From positions 1 to 57,629 of the IMG/VR virus record IMGVR_UViG_3300020044_003994: a stretch of 57,629 bases of DNA. One strand, written 5' to 3'. Source of the DNA: a virus (lineage: Duplodnaviria; Caudoviricetes). The position numbers and the translations under genes are program-made. The notes under the pieces are model-generated. The model made no database searches. It had not been told where the DNA came from and worked only from the letters and a program-made list of their open reading frames with translations. Positions within the stretch are counted from its first letter, which is position 1; each line of letters begins with the position of its first letter. Of this stretch, positions 45,508 through 54,017 are shown in pieces.

Positions 45508-45926
45508 TTTGAACTCCTGATCAATGCTGTGGTTACTGTGTTGGCTGGCATCGTGATTGGAAACGTTCCGCCCACTGTCGATACTTTGTCAGACCCAAAA
45601 TCCAATACTGCCACCGATTTATTCCCCTTGGTAGAGTTATAGATCAATGCACACCTAGCCGTTATAGCGCCCGTCCATGACACATTTGGAAAGCCTACAT
45701 AGGCCGTGTATCCAGAACTGCTCACCGTGATCGGCGTTAACTGCAAACCCCCAGGCGCATAGTTTCCCCCGCTTGACTCGTTGTCAGTGGAGTAAACGGT
45801 TGTGCCTTCATTCAAATTTGCATTCGCCGTATACAGGGCAATTTTGATCACATCCGTGGTCAAGTCATGGATGCCCTGATAAAGCTCAGCTTTGAAGCTG
45901 GTGGTTTGTGTTTGAACAATGCTCAT
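45504..45926 (-). CDS. Structural protein
   Basis: TTSFKAEL..G.HD, KIALY, ARCALIYN, VLDFG. Confidence 0.7.
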   Translation of the reverse strand: MSIVQTQTTSFKAELYQGIHDLTTDVIKIALYTANANLNEGTTVYSTDNESSGGNYAPGGLQLTPITVSSSGYTAYVGFPNVSWTGAITARCALIYNSTKGNKSVAVLDFGSDKVSTVGGTFPITMPANTVTTALIRSSN

Positions 45927-46582
45927 TGGACTGCCGTTCTGACCTGACCATCACGATAAGCATCCATACGCTGTTTGCCATCGCCCAAATTCTTGAGCAG
46001 CGCAATAGACTGCAAATACATATCTTGGTAAAACTTGACCAGATCTGGTTCACCCTTCATGTATCGAATCGCCTCTACCAACGTGCCATTGAGCAGAGCA
46101 GAATCAAAGTGTTCGCCCAGCCATGTCGTTCCAGCAGTCACAATAGACTCTGGATAGTAGTAGTAGTGCAATTCAACCGAATACGTTGTGTCTGGTATTG
46201 GGCCAAGAATGAAAGACAACTCTGTTGCAACCGTTGACTGTGGGCCAAAAATCGCATAGTGCTTAGGCTTGCCACGGTACGCCACTGACGTATTTGGATA
46301 TGCCTCACGCATGAAGTTGACATCTTTATTTAACAAATAAAGATATTCGTTTCCGTCAATCACAGCCAACGAATAAGCAGAGAGAAAGCTAGGATCATCA
46401 GGGGCTGACAAGTATTGATTACCTGCCGTGATTGTCCCCGTCACGTTCTTGCGCAAGTTAGCTAACTGAACAGTGTTATAGATACGCTGCTCAGCCTGCT
46501 TAATCATTATGTTCATGTCTACCGTGGGAAACGTGTTCTCACAGTAGTCAGAAACAGCAATGACCAATTCGGTGTAAGTCAT
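45923..46582 (-). CDS. Head-tail adaptor-like protein
   Basis: IKQAEQRIYN, G.PKHYA, GP.PD..Y.VELHY, LL.G.LVEA. Confidence 0.65.
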   Translation of the reverse strand: MTYTELVIAVSDYCENTFPTVDMNIMIKQAEQRIYNTVQLANLRKNVTGTITAGNQYLSAPDDPSFLSAYSLAVIDGNEYLYLLNKDVNFMREAYPNTSVAYRGKPKHYAIFGPQSTVATELSFILGPIPDTTYSVELHYYYYPESIVTAGTTWLGEHFDSALLNGTLVEAIRYMKGEPDLVKFYQDMYLQSIALLKNLGDGKQRMDAYRDGQVRTAVQ

Positions 46583-46842
46583 GCCATCGGGCCTCTTGCC
46601 ATCACGCCCTTGGTGGCTGCGCCAGTACCACGGATTTTGATGCCATCAGTCTTGGGTGCAGAGTAACCATTGCGGTTGATGTTGCCAACAGACATATTCA
46701 CGTTTGCGGCTGCACTACCATTTGGCTCTTTGCCAGGGTTCGTCTGCATAGGAGCAGCTTTGCCCTTCATGGTATGAGGAACGGCATACGTTGCCGCATC
46801 GCCAACTTCCTTGCCCATCATCTTCTTGCTAAATTTGGCCAT
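46579..46842 (-). CDS. Small basic protein (RGTGAATKG)
   Basis: ORF track. Confidence 0.7.
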   Translation of the reverse strand: MAKFSKKMMGKEVGDAATYAVPHTMKGKAAPMQTNPGKEPNGSAAANVNMSVGNINRNGYSAPKTDGIKIRGTGAATKGVMARGPMA

Positions 46843-47018
46843 TATTTGCTCCCAGATTTCTGGTTCATTGCGCGGGAAAGATTCTTCCCATACATCTTGC
46901 GATCCATGCTGGTAGGGCCACCGGCTTTCATGCCTTTGGTGTGCATACGAGATTCATGGCCTTTGACCATTTTCTTGGCTTCGGTGTCGGCAATCGCCTT
47001 AACTTGCTTCTTGTCCAT
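46842..47018 (-). CDS. Small basic protein, 58 aa (HESRMH..MKAGG)
   Basis: Read by eye; AGGAG RBS. Confidence 0.7.
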   Translation of the reverse strand: MDKKQVKAIADTEAKKMVKGHESRMHTKGMKAGGPTSMDRKMYGKNLSRAMNQKSGSK

Positions 47019-47026
47019 ATCTGCTC

Positions 47027-47440
47027 CTAAGTTGTGCTAACCGTTACTGTACCAACACTTGCCGTTGCCACCAAGTAGTTTGGCGTCAGTGCTACATCAA
47101 AAAAGCTAGATCCACCAACCGGACTCCAGCCCCACTGTATATCCCTGGATCCTCCTGTTGGGTATCCACCAAATCCCGTGTTGTCAATCTGCAAGCCATT
47201 CGGCCCTGCCGTGACATACGTTGTATCCCGCCTGGGCGCTCTCAGAGCCTGCGGATCCTCCACTGGATACATACCCAGCAACAATTGAGGATGATCAGGA
47301 TCCCAGCACTCAGGACAAACCTTGATCTCATACCGCTTGGTCTTTACAACCTCGGTCTTGAGCTTCTTTAGTTTGAACTGCTGCCCGCATCGGTCAAACT
47401 CAGCAATTGCAAACTTGCCTGATGAGTATGTATTACCCAT
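47027..47440 (-). CDS. Conserved virion-region protein with degenerate Zn-ribbon
   Basis: FDRCG...VCPECWDPDHPQL. Confidence 0.65.
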   Translation of the reverse strand: MGNTYSSGKFAIAEFDRCGQQFKLKKLKTEVVKTKRYEIKVCPECWDPDHPQLLLGMYPVEDPQALRAPRRDTTYVTAGPNGLQIDNTGFGGYPTGGSRDIQWGWSPVGGSSFFDVALTPNYLVATASVGTVTVSTT

Positions 47441-48375
47441 TAGGGCGTACTCCCACCTATGAACATCTGTCTAGGCACAAACCTGATCGGCGCTTTCTCG
47501 TGATCTTCACCAGCCGCCAAAGTAAATTGCTCGTCATATGCCATCTTCAGCATATCCATGCGGCCCTGCAATTCAGGAACCTTCATGGCAATGTAGTAGG
47601 CCAAACCAGCCACTACACACGGCAAAAAACGGAAATTCATGTCTGCAACCTGGATACCAGACCCGGCATCTTGGATTCGGCGCATACGGTAATACACAAA
47701 CTCATACGATGTAGAGTTATCTGGCGTAGGCCACACCGTTACCGCTGGTAGCTGGGGCACAAACACCGCCGTAGCAGTCGTGTGAGTGGCCGCTGTAGTG
47801 TTAGCCTGACCACGGAAACATGAGCCTATGTCGTTCCCAGAGATGTAGCCGTAGTAAATGATTTCGTTGTCCAGCTTGATGAAACCAGATGACGCCAATC
47901 CAACAGTGGAAGTCAGCGTAATCGTGGTTGCCGTGCTGGTAACACTTCCACTTGTCAGCAATGTGGTGGGGTTTGTTTCACCAGACAAACGCTGAATCCA
48001 GACCTGGATGGGCCTAGCTTGCTGCAATTTGTTGGGAATGGTCGCATAAGTAGAAACACTAATGCGGGAAATAGTCAGATCTGCCTGAGTTGAAGAGCTA
48101 TTTGCGCCCGTGCGAATCACATGATCCAGCAGATCAATGGTGTCCGATGGCAGCGCATAGGTGTTCAATCCTGGCGTCAAAGGGAATGATCCAGCCTCAA
48201 TAGTCCACATATTTAGACCACGATTTGACCATTCAATTGTCATCAAATTCATTGACCTGCGGGCTGTTCGCAAGTCATAACCACTACGCATTTCACGCCC
48301 AGCACGTTCCCACGCCTCTTCGGCGATCTCCGTGAACTCCATGTTGAACGCTGAAGTGCCAGTGGTATAGCTCAT
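47440..48375 (-). CDS. Neck/adaptor-like structural protein
   Basis: EEAWERAG..GYDLRTARRS.NL...W.NRG; WPTPD; GLAYY. Confidence 0.65.
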   Translation of the reverse strand: MSYTTGTSAFNMEFTEIAEEAWERAGREMRSGYDLRTARRSMNLMTIEWSNRGLNMWTIEAGSFPLTPGLNTYALPSDTIDLLDHVIRTGANSSSTQADLTISRISVSTYATIPNKLQQARPIQVWIQRLSGETNPTTLLTSGSVTSTATTITLTSTVGLASSGFIKLDNEIIYYGYISGNDIGSCFRGQANTTAATHTTATAVFVPQLPAVTVWPTPDNSTSYEFVYYRMRRIQDAGSGIQVADMNFRFLPCVVAGLAYYIAMKVPELQGRMDMLKMAYDEQFTLAAGEDHEKAPIRFVPRQMFIGGSTP

Positions 48376-48617
48376 TTCATGGCTCTCATGTTGTCAACCA
48401 AGTTTGGATATGGGCGACCAGCCTTCTTTGCCGTTGCTTTGGCAAAAGCCTTCTGCGCCAAACTCAGCTTCTTATGCTTTTTAGCGGGATTAGGCTTGTT
48501 CCAAACCTCTCCGCCTTCAGCATACTGTGTGAAGTCAGTGTCATCACGCCGTGCCTTCCTCACCCCCTTGGGCATTTTGGAAGGGTTTACTGCGCCCATT
48601 CCTCGGCTGGGCATCAT
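48372..48617 (-). CDS. Small basic protein (YAEGG; GRPYPNLVDNM)
   Basis: ORF track. Confidence 0.65.
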   Translation of the reverse strand: MMPSRGMGAVNPSKMPKGVRKARRDDTDFTQYAEGGEVWNKPNPAKKHKKLSLAQKAFAKATAKKAGRPYPNLVDNMRAMK

Positions 48618-48618
48618 C

Positions 48619-49020
48619 TCAGCACTTCCCGCCGCGCATCATGCCACGGTTACCAGCCATAGAGATTTTCTTGCCCTGGGTCTTGCCTTTGGTAGCAATG
48701 CCATCACGGCTAGGGGCAGCAGTTTTGACAGCGCCCATCTTGGTAGTGGAAACGTTACCACCCTTTTTCATGCCCATCATCTCAGCCTTTTCATGCTTGA
48801 CCATAGACTTGGGAGCGCCTTTTGCCTTCATAAAAGACACTTCTTTTTTAACCATCGCTTTAGATTCTTTCATGTCACCACCTCGTGAAAATGTTTTGCC
48901 TTTATCGGCTTTTGCAAACTCTTTTCCCACGGATTGTGGGACTCCTACTTTCTTGGCGAACGATGGATTGTGGGCCACCGCCTCCATGAATCTGTGCTGT
49001 TTGGCGCTATGTGAGGGCAC
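48619..49020 (-). CDS. Small basic protein with three xxGG motifs
   Basis: S.KQ..FM.AVAH.P.FAKKVGVPQSVG.EF. Confidence 0.7.
   Translation of the reverse strand: MPSHSAKQHRFMEAVAHNPSFAKKVGVPQSVGKEFAKADKGKTFSRGGDMKESKAMVKKEVSFMKAKGAPKSMVKHEKAEMMGMKKGGNVSTTKMGAVKTAAPSRDGIATKGKTQGKKISMAGNRGMMRGGKC
48748..48759. repeat. GGWAACGTTWCC site 14
   Basis: GTGGAAACGTTACCAC. Confidence 0.85.
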
Positions 49021-49261
49021 TTCGCTGCTCCTTCATAAACATATCAATCTTGGTTTCCAACCTGTCTAACCTGTCCATGATTCGATTAATGTCCGTATGC
49101 AAGTCTACCTTGGTAACGTATTCTTTTGGCATTTCTTCTCGGGTTTTGTTGATCAAAATCTGAAGTCGTTTAATCTCATCGGACTTCTCTTTCAGATTCC
49201 AACCAAGTAGCCCCAGAAAGGCCGTCAAAATAGCATTCCAGATAGCCATTTCCATCAGCAC
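49007..49261 (-). CDS. Small membrane/coiled-coil protein
   Basis: WN..L...LG..W; TREE....YVTK. Confidence 0.65.
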   Translation of the reverse strand: MLMEMAIWNAILTAFLGLLGWNLKEKSDEIKRLQILINKTREEMPKEYVTKVDLHTDINRIMDRLDRLETKIDMFMKEQRSALT

Positions 49262-49680
49262 ATCTTCCCGCGAGTCTTGCCCCGTTGTGCAATGCCGTCA
49301 GCCCGCCTGGAAGCAGAGGTAGATCCACCGGAAGCCATCTTCTTGCCTTTGGCGACCTCACGGGTTAACTCAGACATATCTTCATCAGATCGCCGCTTTG
49401 GCCCCGTTATCATGTCAACACCCATAGCCAATGGAATCCCCACTCCAGCCTTCAACGCATCTTTGGCTGTTTGAGCCATCATTGGCGTTTCTTTAGCCAT
49501 CTTAGAAGCCATAGGATATGTACGCTCCGCCTCCATCTGCTCAGCCGTTCTTCGGGCAGGCGTTTTCTTCATACGGTTAAACGTTGTATCAGGCTCTGGC
49601 ATGGCTTTGTCGTAAGCAGCACCAGCCCTTTTTGAAGCTTTGTCTTCGGCTACATCTTCGGGGGTCATGTATTTAGCCAT
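49255..49680 (-). CDS. Small basic protein ending RADGIAQRGKTRGKMC
   Basis: C-terminus shared with the next gene. Confidence 0.65.
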   Translation of the reverse strand: MAKYMTPEDVAEDKASKRAGAAYDKAMPEPDTTFNRMKKTPARRTAEQMEAERTYPMASKMAKETPMMAQTAKDALKAGVGIPLAMGVDMITGPKRRSDEDMSELTREVAKGKKMASGGSTSASRRADGIAQRGKTRGKMC

Positions 49681-49682
49681 GA

Positions 49683-50216
49683 TTAGCACATCTTTCCGCG
49701 AGTTTTACCCCGCTGAGCAATACCATCTGCACGACTAGAGGCCTTGGAAACGCTTCCACCAGTTTTGTAGGTGCTAGATCCAGCCCGCATCTTTGACTCT
49801 TTTTCTTTTTCGGTCATGTATTTCTCAGGCTTTTGATACATGCTGCCAAGGGCTCTACCAATTTTTGATACGCCAGAGCCAATCATTGCGCCAAGATCGG
49901 GACGCTCTGTAGCGGTTTTTGGCATCATCTTGCCGCTAAAGCTGCGGTAGTAACCTGGAGGAGCAGAAGATTCTTGTGCTTCCATAGGCTTTGGCTCTTT
50001 TTTGGTAACCGGAGGTTTTGCAGGAGCCACAGTCTTTGCAGGCGTTTTTGCGGGAGCAGGTGTCCGCTTTGCACTAGGCGGTGGAGTGACATCACCAGTT
50101 GGACTGTACAACTCACCAGTTTCTGGATTGCGGCGCAGCTTTGACAACTCTCCGCTTTCGTCCATAACATCTAAGCCTACGGCATCGCCCTCTGCGAAAC
50201 GTTTCGTCTTCTTCAT
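49683..50216 (-). CDS. Small basic protein ending RADGIAQRGKTRGKMC
   Basis: AAGGAG RBS. Confidence 0.65.
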   Translation of the reverse strand: MKKTKRFAEGDAVGLDVMDESGELSKLRRNPETGELYSPTGDVTPPPSAKRTPAPAKTPAKTVAPAKPPVTKKEPKPMEAQESSAPPGYYRSFSGKMMPKTATERPDLGAMIGSGVSKIGRALGSMYQKPEKYMTEKEKESKMRAGSSTYKTGGSVSKASSRADGIAQRGKTRGKMC

Positions 50217-50235
50217 AATCACTCCTTGATAGGTT

Positions 50236-50478
50236 CTAACAATTCCAAGCGTGCAATGCTTTATTTATCCGACTGTTTGGATCTTTGGCCGTCTTCTCGG
50301 ATGTGAGCTTCTTTTTCATCCCAGTCATCCTTGCACAGAAAGAGTCTCGCCTGCTGCCGCCCTCTGGTTGAGGAGGCTTCAGATTCATCCCTTGTTTTTT
50401 CGCAGAGGCCCGACCCTTGGCGTTTAAACCACCACTTGGGTTCTTGCCTTCTTTGCGAGTCCATGCTGGGCTAGCCAT
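50236..50478 (-). CDS. DUF6321-like small basic protein
   Basis: GKNP.GGLN.KGRAS, RR.SFCARM.G, DPNSR...AL..W.C. Confidence 0.7.
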   Translation of the reverse strand: MASPAWTRKEGKNPSGGLNAKGRASAKKQGMNLKPPQPEGGSRRDSFCARMTGMKKKLTSEKTAKDPNSRINKALHAWNC

Positions 50479-51214
50479 TTGCTACTTTCAAGTGCAGTTT
50501 TGCGTGTTCTTTGAGCAACGGCTGTAAAGCATCTTGTTCAAAGTTGCGAGTGAATTCTTGTGTGCCAATGTGTGGCAGGCTGATCATTGGATCCAGATAG
50601 ATCTTGAATCCATGCTCCCTGGCCCTGCGACAGAACAGATAGTCTTCACCAATGTATTCACCATCGATGATGGCAAAGTCAAACACGGCGTACTCATCTG
50701 CGCCATCTCCGTCACCTTTGTATTTCCACTCAGGATGCTCTGCGATCATGGCTTCAATTACATGGCGGCGGATCAGCATAAAGCCTGTCGCTACGCTCTC
50801 CACACGCATCAAGCCGTTCTCATCAAACTCTAGCTGGTTGTGTTCATCCAGGTAAAAGTCTAAGAAGAATTTGGCATCTGCTGCCCTGCGAGGATACGTG
50901 CCAGCCACAACATCTCTGTCAGTAGACAGGGCCAATAGCCGTGTTACCGCATCCACATTGATGACCACATCGGCATCCACAAACAGCAGATCGGTACAGT
51001 CTGAATCCATGAAGTTGGATACCAGCTTGTTCCGTGCTTTAGTGATGATTGAGCATCCAGACAGATGTACCAAATGAATGACAACACCCATCTTGTCCAA
51101 CTTGGGAACGAGTTGCGCTATGGCAAAAGCGGTCTTGATGTTGACCTTGCCGTCATAGCAGGGGATCGCAATCATAAGCTTGCGACCCACCAAGTTGAAG
51201 CTCTTATCAGCCAT
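50471..51214 (-). CDS. GT-A fold glycosyltransferase-like protein
   Basis: IAIPCY, ARN.L, LFVDADV, TGFMLI.R, GEDY.FC, H.G. Confidence 0.8.
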   Translation of the reverse strand: MADKSFNLVGRKLMIAIPCYDGKVNIKTAFAIAQLVPKLDKMGVVIHLVHLSGCSIITKARNKLVSNFMDSDCTDLLFVDADVVINVDAVTRLLALSTDRDVVAGTYPRRAADAKFFLDFYLDEHNQLEFDENGLMRVESVATGFMLIRRHVIEAMIAEHPEWKYKGDGDGADEYAVFDFAIIDGEYIGEDYLFCRRAREHGFKIYLDPMISLPHIGTQEFTRNFEQDALQPLLKEHAKLHLKVANG

Positions 51215-51728
51215 AGAACACCGTCACAAAGCTTGTGTTTGAAATGCTGGCATAAATACCAAACGCCGCCAAAATACCTTCTCCGGGAACCAGAACGGCC
51301 ACGGGGTTGGTAACACTTTGAGCGGTTCCAAAACTCACCAGCCAACGAGCGCCGCCATTCACATACCGGCAAGCTGTGCCGGGAGTTACGGTTCCGGTGT
51401 TTGGATCATTAACTGTAAAGGTGCTTGAGTCAACAACGGTAATTACATAATTTCCGTCTGTGCCAGATGCGCCTGCTGCTGCGCTAAAACCAATGCCTAC
51501 ACGGTCACCTGTGCTTAGGCCATGCGCTGACTTAGTTACGGTAACAAGTGTCCCTGTTCTTCCGTAACTAGCGGTTATAGGAGCTACCGCAGTGTCAAAT
51601 ATTTCTACGACACCAGCGCCGCCACCACTACCCTGAAAAGTAATTTGCTTTACACGGTAACGCCCGGCAGGAACGATAAAGCCTGAAACATCAAGATGCC
51701 CAGCCAGTACATCAGTTTGCATTCCCAT
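51207..51728 (-). CDS. Structural protein
   Basis: PGEGIL; HGL.TGD.V; C-terminal TVFYG. Confidence 0.6.
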   Translation of the reverse strand: MGMQTDVLAGHLDVSGFIVPAGRYRVKQITFQGSGGGAGVVEIFDTAVAPITASYGRTGTLVTVTKSAHGLSTGDRVGIGFSAAAGASGTDGNYVITVVDSSTFTVNDPNTGTVTPGTACRYVNGGARWLVSFGTAQSVTNPVAVLVPGEGILAAFGIYASISNTSFVTVFYG

Positions 51729-51740
51729 AATCAATCTCCT

Positions 51741-51763
51741 GAAAAGCGGGGGCCGAAGCCCCC
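51741..51763 (-). terminator. Terminator-like hairpin with TTCG loop
   Basis: GGGGGC-TTCG-GCCCCC then GCTTTTC. Confidence 0.6.
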
Positions 51764-51771
51764 TGGATCAA

Positions 51772-52296
51772 TTAAGCGGATGCTGGGAACTGCGAACCGT
51801 TAGAGTCGGCAACAACGTACATGATGGTGTACTGCACAGTACCTGCGGTCACTGCGGCCACGGTGGGGGTCATCGTTGCAACGATCTTCACATCGGTGGG
51901 GCCAATGCCAATGCCGTTAGGAGAAGCCGTAGATGTAACACCACACCATGCGCCCAATTTGGCGGCTGCGTTGCTGATGGCTGCACGGCCCAGAGCGGTC
52001 ACATCGGTAGCGGCCCAATACAAGGCGGCAGTAGTACCGTCACCAATGCTGACGTTGGCGGCGGTAGAGCCAGTGAACGCAACAGTGGTATCGATCAGAA
52101 TGTCAACAATTTGTGCGCCAGCAGGCAGAACACAAATGGTGTCGGTGGTGGCTGAAGCGGCCTGACCGGTGTAGTTCTTTTTGAAGGTTTGAGAAACAAC
52201 GGTTGCGCCGCAGTTTTCAATAGTACCGACAGTGGTGCCGGTGGTGTTACGAACAGTGCCCAACAGCCAGGGGCCAAGGTGAGTAGCGAAACCCAT
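51772..52296 (-). CDS. Capsid decoration-like structural protein
   Basis: LPAGAQI.DI..D...AF; located after the major capsid gene. Confidence 0.6.
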   Translation of the reverse strand: MGFATHLGPWLLGTVRNTTGTTVGTIENCGATVVSQTFKKNYTGQAASATTDTICVLPAGAQIVDILIDTTVAFTGSTAANVSIGDGTTAALYWAATDVTALGRAAISNAAAKLGAWCGVTSTASPNGIGIGPTDVKIVATMTPTVAAVTAGTVQYTIMYVVADSNGSQFPASA

Positions 52297-52302
52297 AATC
52301 AA

Positions 52303-52376
52303 TTCTCCATGCGTTAAAGCGTATCAATCTTGCATGACAGTCAGCCGGGACTGTTTGATACGCCGGGATTCCCGGT
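52303..52376 (-). ncRNA. Structured leader with potential double pseudoknot
   Basis: GCGTATCAA/TTGATACGC, ACAGTC/GACTGT, CCGGGA/TCCCGG, CATGC/GCATG. Confidence 0.6.
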
Positions 52377-52384
52377 TTGGAAGC

Positions 52385-52413
52385 AATATATCATGCTTTT
52401 AAATGGTGTGCAA
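52385..52413 (-). promoter_or_regulatory. Sigma70-like promoter
   Basis: TTGCAC-N17-TATATT. Confidence 0.55.
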
Positions 52414-52414
52414 C

Positions 52415-52442
52415 AAATAAAAAGGGCTCCCGAAGGAGCCCT
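52415..52442 (-). terminator. Rho-independent terminator after the major capsid gene
   Basis: AGGGCTCC-TTCG-GGAGCCCT-TTTTATTT. Confidence 0.8.
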
Positions 52443-52479
52443 AGTAGCAGGCCAGTTACCTCTGCCGTTCTGGGATTTA

Positions 52480-53391
52480 TCAGGACGAACCAGGGGATCC
52501 GAAGATGCCCAAGGGGTCAGACACGCCGAAGCTGTAACGCTCACGGGCCTTGTAACGAACGTTACCAGTGTCGAAGTCACCGTCCATGCTGTTTTGCAGC
52601 GGGGTACGAATGAAGTGCTTCAGACCGTTAGGTACGTCAGTCATCAGGAACCAAGCGTTGGTGTCAGTCAGATAGTGGTTAACGCAGTAACCTTCTGGAA
52701 TCGAACCATTGTTCTTCAATGCGTTGACATCGTTGTCAGTGGTGCCGACACGGAGTTCGGTTTCCAACAGACGAGTAGCAACGAACATCAAAGAAGGAGG
52801 AACGACCAACTTCTTGGGCTTGGCTGCGATCAACAAACCACGCTCATCCGTCCAGCCTGCGATTTGAATGACGGCATTCTCAAGAGAAGTCTCATTCAAG
52901 TCAGCGCCAGTGGAGGGGCGATTGCTGTTAACGCCACCAGAGATCAAGGGGTGAGCGGTGTTACACAAGGTAACGCCGTCACCGTAGGTCACTGCGGTAT
53001 TGAACGCATTGTTCAACACATAAGCGGCCTTGACCTGCTTGGTGTAAGCCATACCACGGGCCAAAGCTTTGGTGTAGCGGCTGGACAACGAGTCATACAA
53101 GTTGTCTTCCACTGCTTCTTCCGTGATGGAGAAGCCCATAGCGATGGTTTCGTGGTTGTAACGAGCCGTCCATGCTTCCTGAGCATTGTCATAAGCGATG
53201 GCAGAGCCTTCGTTCTTGACAGGTGCAGCAGAGAAACCAGACAGTTTCGTTTCTTCTTCAAAGCTACGCTCCGAGGTTTCGGTTTCGTAAATCTCTTTAT
53301 GCTCTTCGCCGTATTTAGCGTACTCCAAACCGAACAAAGCGTTCAGGCCAGGGAGCAGTTCCTTGAGCAGTTGTGCGCGTGAAATTGCCAT
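52480..53391 (-). CDS. Major capsid protein (Mu gpT-like, HK97 fold)
   Basis: MAISRAQLLKEL.PGLNALFG, AHPL..GG, YLTD..AWF, RERYSFG..DP. Confidence 0.9.
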   Translation of the reverse strand: MAISRAQLLKELLPGLNALFGLEYAKYGEEHKEIYETETSERSFEEETKLSGFSAAPVKNEGSAIAYDNAQEAWTARYNHETIAMGFSITEEAVEDNLYDSLSSRYTKALARGMAYTKQVKAAYVLNNAFNTAVTYGDGVTLCNTAHPLISGGVNSNRPSTGADLNETSLENAVIQIAGWTDERGLLIAAKPKKLVVPPSLMFVATRLLETELRVGTTDNDVNALKNNGSIPEGYCVNHYLTDTNAWFLMTDVPNGLKHFIRTPLQNSMDGDFDTGNVRYKARERYSFGVSDPLGIFGSPGSS

Positions 53392-53401
53392 TTCTTACTC
53401 C

Positions 53402-53998
53402 TTAAACACCAGTGGTGTTGTTATATTGGTGAGTGTTGATTTTCACCAACAGTTCGGTGTAAGTGTCAGCTGCGGTAGCAGTCTCAGGCACAACATCGAT
53501 CACACGGATTGGGATAGTGGCGGTAGTGCCTGCACCAGTCAAGGTCACAGCAAAAGCAGAGTTACCAGTGGTAGTGCTGCCAGCGTTGAGAACCAAAGCC
53601 AAGTTAGTGCCGACAACGGTACGACCTGCGGAACTCATGGTAGTGCCAGAAGACACAACAGCCACTTTGAAAAGTGCTTGCTGGTCATCAACCACATACG
53701 CATAAGCGGGGTTGGTCGAGGTGCTGATAGAGGCAGGCAAATACTGACCTTCAACGGTTTGACCGCTGGAGTTTACGTATGAGCCGCCGACACAGACGCC
53801 GACAATGTTGCCAGAGTTAGTGGCAGTTGAAACAACCAGATAACCGGTGCTGTCGATTTGAACCGTATCTCCAAAGAAGATGGCGGTAGCAAAAGAAGCG
53901 GCAACGGGAATCTGTCGGAAAGCACCAGCGTATGGCTTGCCATCAATTGAATTGATGGGCTTTAGGCCATAAGGTGCTGAGACAGTGGGATAAGCCAT
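53402..53998 (-). CDS. Minor capsid/cement protein
   Basis: APYGLKP, IF.GD.V, YVVDD; upstream of the major capsid gene. Confidence 0.65.
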   Translation of the reverse strand: MAYPTVSAPYGLKPINSIDGKPYAGAFRQIPVAASFATAIFFGDTVQIDSTGYLVVSTATNSGNIVGVCVGGSYVNSSGQTVEGQYLPASISTSTNPAYAYVVDDQQALFKVAVVSSGTTMSSAGRTVVGTNLALVLNAGSTTTGNSAFAVTLTGAGTTATIPIRVIDVVPETATAADTYTELLVKINTHQYNNTTGV

Positions 53999-54017
53999 GT
54001 TTTAAGCTCCAAAAAAG

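Noticed and set aside
47395-47403. FDRCG where a CxxC (CDRC) would be expected
   Set aside because: A single-base difference that could be a variant or read error; cannot be evaluated here
45559-50206. Two-mismatch palindrome variants (e.g. 45559, 47938, 49112, 50195)
   Set aside because: Expected by chance several times in 57 kb; not counted
52330-53382. 350-aa + strand ORF
   Set aside because: Antisense shadow of the major capsid gene with no recognisable motifs
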